From the human T2T-CHM13v2.0 reference genome, Homo sapiens, in assembly GCF_009914755.1 (NCBI RefSeq), contig NC_060939.1: a stretch of 64,000 nucleotides of DNA. One strand, given 5' to 3'. Numbering within the stretch: the stretch's first letter is position 1; each line of letters opens with the position of its first letter. The position numbers were made by a program, and so were the translations under genes. The notes beneath the pieces were generated by a model. That model was not told the origin of the DNA and did not search any database. It saw only the letters and a list, made by a program, of their open reading frames with translations. Of the stretch, positions 43,892 to 62,520 are shown in pieces.

Positions 43892-46499
43892 CTTATAAAT
43901 GTACAGAGCTGTAGAAGTGCAAGCCAAGAGTTCTATAGAGTAGTACATAAACACCATATGGTACCACTCCTGCTGGGAGGTAAGCCTGGATACACCCCTC
44001 TCCTCAGGAAACTGTCACCTGCAGAACACACAGCACTCAGAATTAAGGCAGTTTGGCCCTGGGCACATTGGTGGTATTTTGGTATGTGGCCACTGGCCCT
44101 AAACAACTGACCATTTCTACCCTGCCTCACTGCACTGTCCCACCAGGTCCCTCCAGCTTTTTCTACAAGGTAACACCCTCCTACATGGGGTCAGCCAGCT
44201 CAGAAACCTCTTCTTCAGGGACAGTTGCAGCTGAATATGCCAGAGCTGATTATTACAACAACGATGCAGAGGGCCTTGGTTTTGGGGTCCTGCCACCCTC
44301 ACCCCTAGAAGCTGCTAAACACCCAGGCCATTCTGCCCTGACCACCTCCCCAACAGAGATGTAGGTCTATACTTACCTTCCACAGCCACCTCCCAGCACA
44401 CACTGGGTCCCTCTACCTGTGTTGCTGTCTTTCTTTACACTGTGCTACATTTGATCCCTTTCCACATGTGCACTTCACCTCTGCAGACACAAGAAAGGCC
44501 TGGACATGGTCTCTGCAGATGGGGAAGGGGTTCTGGATGGAGACGTTCTTGAGCTCTACAAGCATTTGCACAAAGTGCTCAGAATGTTGGCCACTGCATA
44601 GAGCTGCAGAGTCCCATTCCAGAACAGAGTAACCATCTGCCTCTCTTCCCAAGACCCCAAGCTGGCATGACTCTGGTCTCTGTCCTATCTCTCTGCTGTG
44701 ATGCTCCTAGCTAGTAGAGTAAGTCAGCCCCCAGATACTGTATATTCCTCTCAACCTTCCATGGTTTGAGAAAAACACAAAGATAGATGTCCATCAGGCA
44801 CTCACAGGATTACCATCGTAAGGATGGTTGTCAGACAAATAACAAATAAGGCCGTATCTTTTTATTAGACTTGCTCATCTTCTAGTCACCCCTTGTGGTA
44901 GAGCGAAAAGAGTGTGTTGTCCCTCTCATGCCTCTGGTGGTCACAGGACACTGAGTAAAGCAAGAGACTGGATACTTTCCCATGTAGAACCTATACCCCA
45001 ATCCCGACTATTGGGCTGGGAACCCTGTCTATGCCCATTCAAAGCTCACCATGTGGGAGGACTGCTTGGGCCTGGGAGGTTGAGGCTGCAGTGAGCTGTG
45101 ATTACACCACTGCACTCCAGCCTGGGTGACAGAGACCCTGTCTCCAACAAAACAAAGCAGAACGCTCACCATGGTTCTGAGTTAAGCCAAAAAACAAAAC
45201 AAAACCTGTTGGAAAAATTCTAGAAAGAGGCTTGGTATAGAGTATAGCAAGATATACTCTCCAATTTGTGGGTAGGGGGTGTCACAGCAGAAATTATGCC
45301 TATTTCTGCTGTTTGGGCTGGGGGCTGAAAGAGGCTGTGTCACACCCAGAGGTCTGCTTAAAGCCCAATCCTGAGTATCCAGTAAGGCCCATGCTGTGAC
45401 CAGAAGAATCTGGCAATAGAATGGTCCATGCTGGAGTGAAGGGAGGCCCTCTACACTGGTGGACTGATTTCCTCAGGCAAGGGTCTAGGAGCTGGCTTAG
45501 GTCTCTCTTACCCTTCCTGTCTGTAAGCCTCAGTCTAGGACAAAGCCCACACAGCTGTATACCCACTCTCACGAGTCCATTGCTACTTCTCAAAAGTTTA
45601 AAAAGTAAACAATAGGAAGGCACCGGACTGCTCCCTGTAGCTCCCTCTGCTGGTAATAATAAAAACTGCAGGCTTCTGGGGCCAGCCCCAGTACCTTCGA
45701 CCTAATCTTTAGCTCAAAGACTGGGTGAAGAAACTCACCCAGACCAAGGAAATACAAATAAATAAATATGAACATGTCAGAGCAGTTTTTCTCTAACTAG
45801 GGAAGGGCAAACCAGAATCACTAAACTCACCCGGACGGTTGGACCAGTTGGGGATGCCCCAGGTCCAGGGATTCTGGAAGCCAGGATCCTGCTGTATCAT
45901 TAAGCAACCTGCTATGATCCCTGTCATAGTTAGACAGGTGCAACCTGAAGAGGGACAAAAGGACTCACTTTATGCTGTCTTGAAGGTCAAGCCTGCAAAC
46001 CATCTTAGAGCTAGGAAGAATAGAGCAAACGGAATTTCTCGAACTGGTCTCAAACAGTTTCTTTTTTGGATTGCCAGCTATAATAAACCATAAAGTGCTA
46101 TTTTCTGCCTCCATTCAACACTATCTAGCACAGCCTGGGCACAAGAGCTCCCTTTTTGCCTCCCTGAAGCACTATGACAAATACCAATCAAGCTGTCTGC
46201 AAGTGTTTTCCTTAGCCACCTTTGTCACCCACCATAAGAACCAGAATTTTCTGTCTTGCCCTTATTAAAGTGACTTCTCCAAACTCTGCTCCAACAGCAG
46301 AGGAAAACTACAGAATTCTACCTATCAGCCCACAGCCCAGATGGGGGCCTCTGGCCTGAGAAGCAACAGGTAAGGGCTACCTGCAGGTCACTTTCTAGGG
46401 GTCAGTGACTTCAGTGCTCACTGCACTGTGTGAGCTATGAGTGGCCAACAGGGCTCTGTAGGCCTCATGGTGAGCAGGGCCCACCTTGGAGGGTAATGT

Positions 46500-46667
46500 C
46501 TACTGGAGGGTACAGGAAGAAGAGTCCCCAAGACAGCACCAGCAGCAGGAGCATGTTGAAGAGGCCATGGGCTTAGGGGGGATGAGGTCCAAGTCCTCGT
46601 CATCTGGAATCTCATCCAGGTGATACCCATCCTGAAGCAGCTGCCGGCTCACATCCTGGTTCACCTG
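46500..46667 (-). CDS. FAM219B: FAM219B exon 5 coding part (QVNQDVSRQLLQDGYHLDEIPDDEDLDLIPPKP...CTLQ-stop)
   Basis: Acceptor ttctctTAG|CAG; FAM219 motif LDEIPDDEDLDLIPP; TAG at 46502-46500. Confidence 0.93.
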   Translation of the reverse strand, partial: QVNQDVSRQLLQDGYHLDEIPDDEDLDLIPPKPMASSTCSCCWCCLGDSSSCTLQ

Positions 46668-47262
46668 CTAAGAGAAGGAGAGGAGGGAACTATAGGCCAA
46701 GATGCAAAGCAGAAGTAACTGCTACCCAAAAGACAGAACCACATTCCGTTACCAGGGCTTCCTGTCCATGTCCCACCCCAGGCCAACCCCACACATCCCT
46801 GGACTACAGGAGGAAGTACCACCTTCTCCTACTTGTGCCTCAGCCAGCAGTAAGCCTTAGTACTGTCCAGACTTCACTGTCACTGACCCCCAGGGATCTG
46901 TTCTCACTAAATCCTGAGGCATTCATGTAAATATCGAGTTCCCAATATGTTTGAAAATCAGTGCTCTGACAGTTCCCACTGGGAGCCCAGACTAGTCCCT
47001 ATCAAAGCTGAAGAATATGGGATAATAACAGAACAATGGGCTAGCGTAGTAGAGCATGGGTTACAGTGGAAGGGGGTGGTGAGCAGCTTTGTCTACACAC
47101 TGCTGGTTAGACTTATCCTTTGATGCCAACAGAGGTGGGTTCCTGCAAAGTGGAATTTGTTGGTTGGTTTCATCAGTTCACTGAACATAAGAAAAATAAG
47201 GCTGGGCGTGGTGGCTCACGCCTGTAATCTCAGCATTTTGGGAGGCCGAGGCAGGTGGATCA

Positions 47263-47570
<308 letters not shown>

Positions 47571-48544
47571 TCAGACATTTAAGGAGGACAAAATTTGCAA
47601 ACTGCTCTATTCTCTGTGACAGAAACTCAGAGATTAGCCAAGATTTCCAGGAGAGTAAGAAAAGCAAGTGGTGTAGAGTCAGGTCCCCAGCACTTCACCT
47701 CTGTCAAAGGGAATGGGCTTCACTTGCCAGGATTTTACATCCCTGTTTTTCTATCTGGGACAGTCACTCTAGAAAAATGTCTACATGGCTATCCCAGGAG
47801 TGTTTTAGCCTGAGTTTTCATAGATGGAACAACTGAAGAAACAGAAGTTGTTTGGTCTGGAAGAAAGCAAGCTTGGTGAAAGATGGGCAGGGGAGAGACG
47901 GAAATGCTGATCTCAGAGAAACTAGAGTTGCTGTGTGACACTGGAAAGCAGGTCAAGGACCAATGGACCCATTCAGATTAATAAGGAAGATTTCTCTAAC
48001 AGCTACTCAAAGAAAAAATTCTGTGTGTGTTGAGGGAAGGGTGGGTAGCAAGGCTCCTTGGAGGTGGTCAGTACCCAATTACAAAAAGCATTCAAGTAAG
48101 CACAGACTAGCAAACACTTAGCTGGGATCTATCAAAAGGGTTCCTTTTGTAAGCTGTGGCCTAGAAGACTTTTATTTTAGAGTCTTATTTTAGAGACAGG
48201 GTCTTGCTATATTGTCCAGGCTGGTCTTGGAACTCCTGGGCTCAAGCAATCCTCCTGCCTCAGCCTCCCTAGTAGCTGGGACTACAGGCATGTACCACCA
48301 TGCCCAGCTTACATGACTTCTGAGATCATTTCTAGCCCTGAGTCTAAATGGTCTCCTCGATTCTCAACAGCCCTCCTTGGTCACCTATACCTCCACCGGG
48401 GGAAGAGGGCAGAGTGGAAGATCGTAGAACAGACCAGAAGTCTGGCACAGTGCTGTGCTCACAGCGGGCACCAAACAAGCATTTGGCAGTGGTGGTAATG
48501 CTGCCTGCAGCCTGGCCCTGCACAGAAAGGTGTTCTGGACTTGC

Positions 48545-48593
48545 CTCTGCAGATGAATACCCGGAGGAGTATCTGGATCCCAGCTCCCCATCA
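48545..48593 (-). CDS. FAM219B: FAM219B exon 4 (DGELGSRYSSGYSSAE)
   Basis: cctag acceptor; GAG|GCAAGT GC-type donor; 49 nt keeps the frame. Confidence 0.9.
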
Positions 48594-49034
48594 CTAGGAG
48601 AAGAGGAAAACAGTCAGTTCCGGGAGGTACCTGTGGTGCACAGCTGTAAATCATCAGGCGGAGAGCATGCAAGGGCATCTGGAAGACTTTTGAAGCAAAG
48701 GCCACACACAACAGAACTCAAGTCCGAACAGGCCTTGAATAATACTGGTTCCCTCAATTGGTTCTGGCAGGGACAGGGTCACTCTCACTAACAATGCAAA
48801 CATAACAGGGCAGGATGATCCCCCGGACATTGGTGCTCCGAATTCTAGAGCAGCACGATTACCTATGAGTCTTCTAACCAAGCCATCCTGGGAAGGGATA
48901 TTGTTCAGAAGAGAACGGCCCTGGAATGTACATGAAGGGCCTTGGAGGAGACAGGGAACAAGCAAAGGCATCAGGCGATCTTCAGTCCCAGCCAAGTTGC
49001 TTCCCAAGGGGGTATTTCCAAGGGGAGCACTCAC

Positions 49035-49112
49035 CTGTCAGAGTCGAGGGACACCAGGTTTTCATCTGGACTCTGGCTAAGAGCAGTATAGCCCTTGTTA
49101 AACTTCACTGAC
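49035..49112 (-). CDS. FAM219B: FAM219B exon 3 (SVKFNKGYTALSQSPDENLVSLDSD)
   Basis: ctcag acceptor; CAG|GTGAGT donor; 78 nt. Confidence 0.93.
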
Positions 49113-49435
49113 CTGAGGGGAGACGGGGGAGAAGAGACCAAACATAGATGAAAGCATAGGCATTTCACAGGGATAGGCAGAGTCCTCGCCCTGAAGGAGA
49201 AAGAATTGACTGCACTACTGACTTGCCTTCTCCCTGGTCACAGCCACCACTGCCTGCAGCTCCATGTACCTGGCTACAGTGCCTCAGAATGTGTATGTTC
49301 TCATTCTTTTTTTCTTTTTTTGGAGACAGAGTCTGGCCCTGTCACCCAGGCTGCAGTGCAGTGGCGCGATCTCGGCTCACTGCAATCTCCGCCTACCATG
49401 CTCAAGTGATTTTCCTGCCTCAGCCTCTTGAGTAG

Positions 49436-49711
<276 letters not shown>

Positions 49712-50158
49712 TAAAAGGTTAGGGTTAACCTTCACTTCTCCGAGTTTCAACCCTCATCTGTAAAAGGAGGCACTGAATAAGGTTCTATGCAGCTCCGAGT
49801 TTACTATTCTGTTAAAAACAAACAAACAAAAACAGGTCTAGCCATTCCCACACTGCTCTTCGTCCTCATTGCTGGGGACTCCAGCCACCATTCTCCTCCC
49901 TAACAGAGGAGGAGAATGATAGTGAATGAGCCTGTGCACTCACAGAACTCCCTTATTCCGAAGCCCTTTATCTGATCCTATCACATCCTTAAAGGAAAAG
50001 AGAGATTGTTCCTCTTCCCATTTTAAAGATAGTGAACCTGACAGGTTGCATCAGGGGAATCGCTAGCTCGGCCTTAAACCAGAGCACCCTGCCTCCGTCC
50101 TGGGGATTAAAGCCTTCTCTAAAGCTGCTGGCACAGAGGAGGTGGCGCCTGCTGAGAC

Positions 50159-50246
50159 CTTTTCCCTGAAGAGTCTGGGCGGTTCGGCGAGGCCCCCAGC
50201 ATGCCTTTTCTCCGCAGAACGGCCTTGGCCAGGTCCCGGTGCTTCT
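50159..50246 (-). CDS. FAM219B: FAM219B exon 2 (QKHRDLAKAVLRRKGMLGASPNRPDSSGKR)
   Basis: ttccag acceptor; AAG|GTCTCA donor; 88 nt. Confidence 0.9.
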
Positions 50247-50467
50247 CTGGAAGTTAAAGGACCCGGGTCAGCCGGGTCTTCCCCACTCCGCCGCGTCTCC
50301 CGAAGGCTGGGAGGCCGCTCTTTCCGAACGGATTTTGAGGGGCGAGAGCAGGCTGCAGCTAACCCCTTCCCTCCGGGGCCGAGGCCCAGCGGAGCTCCGG
50401 AACCCGCCCTGGGGACGCGGCCGCCCGCCCAGGGAGAAACCTCCCCCGACCATCGGGCCACACTCAC

Positions 50468-50681
50468 GCAGCTTGGCTTGAATGGAGGGTGCGCGCGTCA
50501 CCATGTATGGCCCCCGCTTTTCCACGGCCGCGGGGGTGCGCTCCCCCAGACGGAGGGCTCTATTACCGATCTGCCCGGAGGGTGGCCCCGCAGCTCCCGG
50601 CGCGCGGTCCCGAGCCCCGCTGGGCCGGGGTCCCGGGGTAGACAACCGCAACGCGCGCCCGCTGGGCTCCGCGGTCGCCAT
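50468..50681 (-). CDS. FAM219B: FAM219B exon 1 coding part (MATAEPSGRA...SIQAKL)
   Basis: GCCATGG Kozak at 50681; C|GTGAGT donor; the five exons sum to 597 nt = 198 aa + stop. Confidence 0.93.
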
Positions 50682-51839
50682 GGCCGGGCCCCGCCCTGCC
50701 GGATGGTGCAACCCCGCCCGTGGCGAAAGAGTGACCGGCCGAGGGAGAGGCGGGCTCTTTTAACAAGATGGCGGTGCGCAGGCGCAGGTAGTCCCCTTTC
50801 GGAGCTCTCCGGTTCGGTAGTCTGAGGACTTGGCCGAAATGTTCCGCCCTTCTTTTCGGGGGGACCGGGCAGTTCCGTTCTCGGTTTTGGGGTAGGCGGC
50901 TTGAGCCTGGTGATGGTTAGGCTTAGTTCTGTCTCTAGTGGAAATTAAATACTGATACTGTCGTGGGGCTGCGCGTGTGCGTCGGTCGGGTGCCCACGGT
51001 TTGAGTCCTGGCGCGCCGCACTCTGTGCTTCTCGCAGTGTCTCCTTGGGGGTCTCCCCACATGTGGGGCTGCCAGAGAGCAGACTTGGGTTGAAGAGTCA
51101 TATGAGGACAAGCGTTATCAGCGACCTTTTCTAGCAAAAGAAACAGGCCCCAGAAGTTAAAGAACCTTGTGAAGGTGACACATCTAGAGGCAGTGCTTGC
51201 GCTGATCCATCTGACGCCAAACCCCACCTTCTTTCCAACACCAATTGGTGCCTGTGACATTGGACAGGACCTGACCCTCTCTAGGCCTCAGTTTCCACAT
51301 TTAAAAATAGAGCCAATGTCACTACTCATTGTACAGTGAGGCAAATAGGCGTTGAAAAGGAGGGTGAAAGTGCACTCTGAGTCTGTGTGTGGTAGGCTAT
51401 GTGTCAGGGCTCTTGACTTCTCTAGCCCCCAAGGGATGTGCTTGTGACTGGCTGGAAAGAAACTCCAGATCCTTGTAGAACTCCCAAATCTCATGAGGCT
51501 GTCCCTTGACTAACTTACTGGCTTCAATAGGGTAGGTCAACAGTGTGCAACCTCCGAGCTCCCAGGGCCACGCAGACCGTTGGGTGGCACTATGCCTTGG
51601 GCAAGAGAGGTGAAAAGGAAGAATTTAGGGCTGAAGTTTTCAAAAATCAAAAGCACAAAGGAATCCTTACCATTTTGGTAGATTCCCCCCACTCCCCATG
51701 ATGTTAGACTGTTTTTGCCTCCAGAAACAGCAGGTTCATATAGCTCAACTTAGTATTTAATGGTTATAACCTCCCAATGAAGCCAATAGTTATTCTTGTT
51801 AAACAAATGAAGCTTAGACTTGGTCAAGTTTACCAGTTA

Positions 51840-52061
<222 letters not shown>

Positions 52062-52072
52062 CTAGCTATTCA

Positions 52073-52279
<207 letters not shown>

Positions 52280-52311
52280 TCACCAAGGGCCAAAGAAAAT
52301 GTGATTTAAAC

Positions 52312-52779
52312 CAGCAGTCTCCAGCCTTTTTGGCACTAGGGGTTGGTTTTGTGGAAGACAGTTTTTCCACGGGGTGGAAATGCGGGGGCTGGTTTTGGGA
52401 TGATTCAAGCACATTTATTGTGCACTTTATTATTACATTACAATATATAATGAAATAATTATACAACTCAACTTAGAATCAGTAGGAGCCCCAAGCTTGT
52501 TTTCCTGCAACTAGACGGTCCCATCTGGGTGTGATGGGAGACAATGACAGATCATCAGGCATTAGATTCTCATAAGGAGCCCACAACCTAGATCCCTTGC
52601 ATGTGTGGTTCACAATAGGGTTCATGCTGCTATATGACTCTAATGCCACGGCTTATCTGACAGGAGGCGGACGGAGCTCAGGTGGTAATGTGAGCAATGG
52701 GGAGCCACTGTAAATACAGATGAAGCTTTGCTCACTCATGGACCAGTATCCATCCATGGCCTGGGGCTTGGGAACCCCG
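52312..52779. mobile_element. MER1A-like hAT-Charlie DNA transposon
   Basis: CAGCAGTCTCCAGCCTTTTTGGCAC...GGGCTTGGGAACCCCG; degenerate 8-bp TSD ATTTAAAC/ACCTAAAC. Confidence 0.8.
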
Positions 52780-53506
52780 ACCTAAACCCACTTAATGTCA
52801 CAAGATCACTAGGAACTTGTAGCAAAAGTGTGACAGCCTTCATGCACACTCCTCCCAATCTTCCATCAATAATGCTGTTAACTGCTGACTGATTGAACAT
52901 AGACCCTGAAGCCAAATTATTTGCTCTGTTACCTACTGGCAAATTATTAAACCTCTTTATGTCTCAGTTTCTTTAGCTAAGTGGAGATAAGAAAACCCAT
53001 CTAATGGAAGTGGAATTGTGAAGTTCAGTTGTAAAGTGTTTAGAATGACACCTGGCAAATAGTAAGTGTTCAAGAAATATATGCTATTATTTACACAACC
53101 CTTATACAGCATTACAAGGATTTAGTGTTTATTCTCTCATTTGACTTTACACTCCCCAAGGGCAGACCTTATTCACTTTTTAGCATAAGGTTATAGTAAT
53201 AAGTATTTGTTGAATTAATATCCTATTTCCCCTCTTTTAGTTAACTAGTATCATAGAACTTTGGGGCTGGAAGAGATCTTTTTTTTTTTTTTTTTTTTTG
53301 AGACAGAGTCTTGCTCTGTCGCCCAGGCTGGAGTGCAGTGGCGCGATCTTGGCTCACTGCATGCCCTACCTCCCAGGTTCACACCGTTCTCCTGCTTCAG
53401 CCTCCTGAGTAGCTGGGACTACATGCGCCCGCCACCACACCTGGCTAATTTTTTTTTGTATTTTTAGTAGAGACGGGGTCTCACCATATTAGCCAGGATG
53501 GTCTCA

Positions 53507-53611
<105 letters not shown>

Positions 53612-54843
53612 TCATTATTAATGAAGAAATTGTGGTCTTGTGATAGTTGTACTCAATGATCCTGGCCTGGATGTGGGAAGTTCCCTTTTCCACTTAAGAA
53701 ATTATGTTCACTAGGGCTCACGCCTGTCATCCCAGCACTTTGAGAGGCCAAGACAAGTGGATCGCTTGAGGCCAGGAGTTCAAGAGCAGCCTGGGCAACA
53801 TGGCAAAGCCCCGTCTCCACAAAAAAAATAGAAAAAGTAGCTGGGCATGGTGGTGTGTGCCTGTGGTCTCAGCTACTTGGGAGTCTGAGGTGGTAGGATC
53901 ACCTGAGCCCAGGCAGTTGAGGCTGACTGACAGGAGGTGGAGCTGCAGTGAGCTGCGATCGCACCACTGCACTCCAGCTTAGATGACAATGAGACCCTGT
54001 CTCAAAAAATAAATAACTTACAATTCAAAAAAAAAAAATTATGTTCACTAGGAACCTAAGACAAATAAATACCCACCCCACCACCAAAAATACCCCCAAC
54101 CAACTCTAGGTTGCAAGGGGATGAGTCTCCAGAGCAAGAATTGCCACAGCAGAAAGGGCACAAAGCCCCTCTTCCTTGCTCCTACTACTCAGACCTTAAC
54201 CCAGTGCTTGTGCTGCCTGCCTTGCTGGGCCTGGGGCTTCTCAATTTAGCATAGCTTTATTCATCTCCTACTGTGTCACAGGTGCTATGCTGGGTCCTGC
54301 AAACCTAATGATGACAAATAAGGTATCTCCCAGTTCCCAGTCTTATTTCTTTGTTATTGGGGGGTAGTGAATCCTCGGGGAGAGATTATTGGCTGTTAGG
54401 AGCAAGGACTACTACCCTGGCTTTTGGAACCCTCATTGGGCAGTTACTCTTTATCCCTGGCTCTAAATCTAAGTTATTCCCTAAACTTTCTTGGTCCTGG
54501 GACAGATACATCTCCATCATCAGTTGAGAATTCTGGTTCTGCTGTTGACTGGAGCTGAATTCCTTCATACAGGCAAGTATCTGGGGTTAAACATTAAAAG
54601 GGATGGAGGACAGAGATTTTTTTTTTTTATCCTGCTACTTCCCTTTCAAGCTCTCTTCCATCTCAGAAGCCACTGTCTCACCAGGTTGTGGCCTCTAGCC
54701 CAAGGAACTTCTCTCATTATTGGTAGAGTACAGATAACTAGATAGGACCTATGAATCTGCAGGTCTTTCTGGGTTCCCAGGTTACCAGACCCACCATTGT
54801 CCTCACAGTTATATGCAAAGGTATGGCCACAGCTGTGGCGGGC

Positions 54844-57089
<2,246 letters not shown>

Positions 57090-58179
57090 AAGGCCAAGCC
57101 CAGCACAGAGTCATCTCACTTGGCGTTCAACCAAACTTCTCCAATGCAGCAAAATGGCAAACTAAACAATGTTACTGCAAAATGTGACTATAGACTAATA
57201 GGCTCTGCTGCTAAGGACAAGCTCTCTGGCATCCAGTTAAACAAACAGCCAGGAAAAACTGAAGTGATAGTTAGCAAAACTTAGGAGAGAATGACTAGGC
57301 TTAAGCCATTTTCCCAAGCACAACCAAAAAAATGATTATAACAAATAGAACATAATCTGCTAACCTTTCATTCTTGTTATATCCTTGTGAGGTGGCTCCC
57401 ATTTTCAGATAAGGAAACAAAAGGACAGAAGTGTAGGCAACATATACACAGTCATATGACTGTTATACAGTAGACTGGGATTTATACCCAAGTCTGAATC
57501 CAAACCCCATTTTCTCATCTTACTGCTACATTATGCTGCCTTCCATCAGCTGGTAGGTGTATGTAATAAAAAGACATGAGGACAAACTGACATCATGTCC
57601 CTCCTGAGGGGATACAATTGGAATTTCACATAGTATTTTTGCCAAAAATGTTTAGCTGGATTTGAATAATTAGGAAACAGACACAGGCAGATTACAGGAC
57701 ATTCTACAACTGGCCTGGACTCTTCAGAAATATGAACTGTATGTATTTGATGCTAAACTTATTATTATTTTTTTTTTATTTTGAGACGGAGTTTCACTCT
57801 TGTTGCCCAGGCTGGAGTGCAATGGCCAATCTTGGCTCACTGCAACCTCCATCTTCCAGGTTCAAGCGATTCTCCTGCCTCAGCCTCCTGAATAGCTGGG
57901 ATTACAGGCATGAGCCACTACGCCCAGCTAATTTCTGTAGTTTTAATAGAGACAGGGTGTCTCAGTGTTGGTCAGCCTGGTCTCGAACTTCTGACCTCAG
58001 GTGATCCACCCGCCTCGGCCTCCCAAAGTGCCAGGGTTATAGGCGTGACCCACTGCGCCTAGCCTGATGCTAAACTTCTTGAAATAGAACAGAATTGTGT
58101 TTATGTAGGAGGCAAAAGTCCTTTTTCTCAGATTTTTGCTGAAGTATTCAGGGGTGAAGTGACGTGTGTAGATATATAA

Positions 58180-58432
<253 letters not shown>

Positions 58433-58666
58433 TAGCCAGGATGGTCTTGATCTCCTGACTTCGTGATCCACCCACCTCGGCTTCCCAAAGTGCTGGGATT
58501 ACAGGCGTGAGCCACCGCACCCGGCCTGCTTTGAAACTTAATTAAAACAAACTGTAGGAAAGAAAAAGGCTAGAGACCCCATCCTGTTAGGGTAGAAGCC
58601 CTGTCCATCCAAGTCAAGCTGTGGAAGGATCCTCATATTTACCATCTACTTCTTTTGTTTGTTTGA

Positions 58667-58855
<189 letters not shown>

Positions 58856-59003
58856 TGAACTCCTAACCTCATGATCCGTCCGCTTCAGCCTCCCAAAGTG
58901 CTGGGATTAGAGGCGTGAGCCACTGCACCCAACCCATCTACTTCTTTAGGTAGAGCTAGGATCCATCAAGCTAAAAGATGTACCTACTTTTTTTTTTTTT
59001 TGA

Positions 59004-59159
<156 letters not shown>

Positions 59160-59718
59160 TAGTAGAGATAGCGTTTCACTGTGTTGGCCAGCTGGTCTCA
59201 AACTTCTGACCTCAGGTGATCCACTCACCTCAGCCTCCCCAAGTGCTGGGATTACAGGCGTGAGCCACCGCGCCTGGCCAAGATGTACCTACTTTTTCCA
59301 GCACAACAAAGAAGTTGATTCAATTTGCCTAATGGGTGTGTGTGTGAAGAAAGTTTGATGAGACAAATTCACCAGTAGATTGAATTTATCTAGTCACTTT
59401 TGCCTTCTAGTAACATGCCTTGTGATTTTTGTAAGTTTGCTTCTTGTGAAAATTATTTCTATTATTTTAGAGTAAAGGTGGGCAAACTTTCTGTAAACAG
59501 GCAAATAGTACTCTCTGGTCCAACTACTCACTATGTCATTTTAATGCAAAAGCAGCTATAGATAATGCACAGTGTGAATGTACCTAATGCCACTGTACTG
59601 TAAACTCAAAAATGGTCAAGATGAGGCCAGGTGCAGTGGCTCATGCCTGTAATCCCAGCACTTCGGGAGGCCCAGGTGGGCGGATCACGAGGTCAGGAGA
59701 TTGAGACCATCCTGGCTA

Positions 59719-59928
<210 letters not shown>

Positions 59929-60009
59929 TCAAGATGGTAAATTTTATGTATGATCTTACCATAATTTACTAAAAGGCAAAAAAATAAGCCACAGATAATA
60001 TGTAAATGA

Positions 60010-60673
<664 letters not shown>

Positions 60674-60716
60674 TGAGCCACCGCGCCTGGCCGAAATATT
60701 TTTCATTGATTTTTCA

Positions 60717-61126
<410 letters not shown>

Positions 61127-61129
61127 TCA

Positions 61130-61261
<132 letters not shown>

Positions 61262-61395
61262 CTAGAGCACCCCAGGTGCAGTAGCTCATGCTTGTAATCC
61301 CAGCACTTTGGAGGGTGAGGTGGGCGGATCACTTCAGGCTAGGAGTTCAAGACCAGTCCAGCCAACATGGTGAAACCCCATCTCTGCTAAAGCTA

Positions 61396-61646
<251 letters not shown>

Positions 61647-61704
61647 TCAACCTTACCTAAGATACAAAGGAGGCCAGCTGTGGTGGCTCACGCCTGTAAT
61701 CCTA

Positions 61705-61917
<213 letters not shown>

Positions 61918-62088
61918 TCAGAGCAAGACAGTCTCAAAACAAAACAAAAACACATTAAAAAAAAAAAAAAAAGCAAAGGCAACAAGAATCACTTTCCATC
62001 TACTAGTTCTATCCAGCTACAAATAAATCTTCTGCTTGTAAAAGAAAAGCCAATGCCTCAACCCTCACCATCTTTCAAATCACTCTCA

Positions 62089-62520
<432 letters not shown>

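Larger units (their letters stand above)
50080..51050. promoter_or_regulatory. FAM219B CpG island/promoter with adjacent YY1 and NRF1 motifs
   Basis: CAAGATGGCGG at 50764-50774 directly followed by TGCGCAGGCGCA at 50775-50786; CpG-dense. Confidence 0.85.

Noticed and set aside
50682-50711. 10-codon N-terminal extension of FAM219B (MHHPAGRGPA)
   Set aside because: The start is TTG, not ATG, and the ATG at 50681 has an optimal Kozak context
50142-50825. 227-aa + strand ORF antisense to FAM219B exons 1-2 (and similar ORFs at the other CpG islands)
   Set aside because: Non-ATG start, Pro/Gly/Arg-rich composition expected from GC-rich DNA, no recognisable domain
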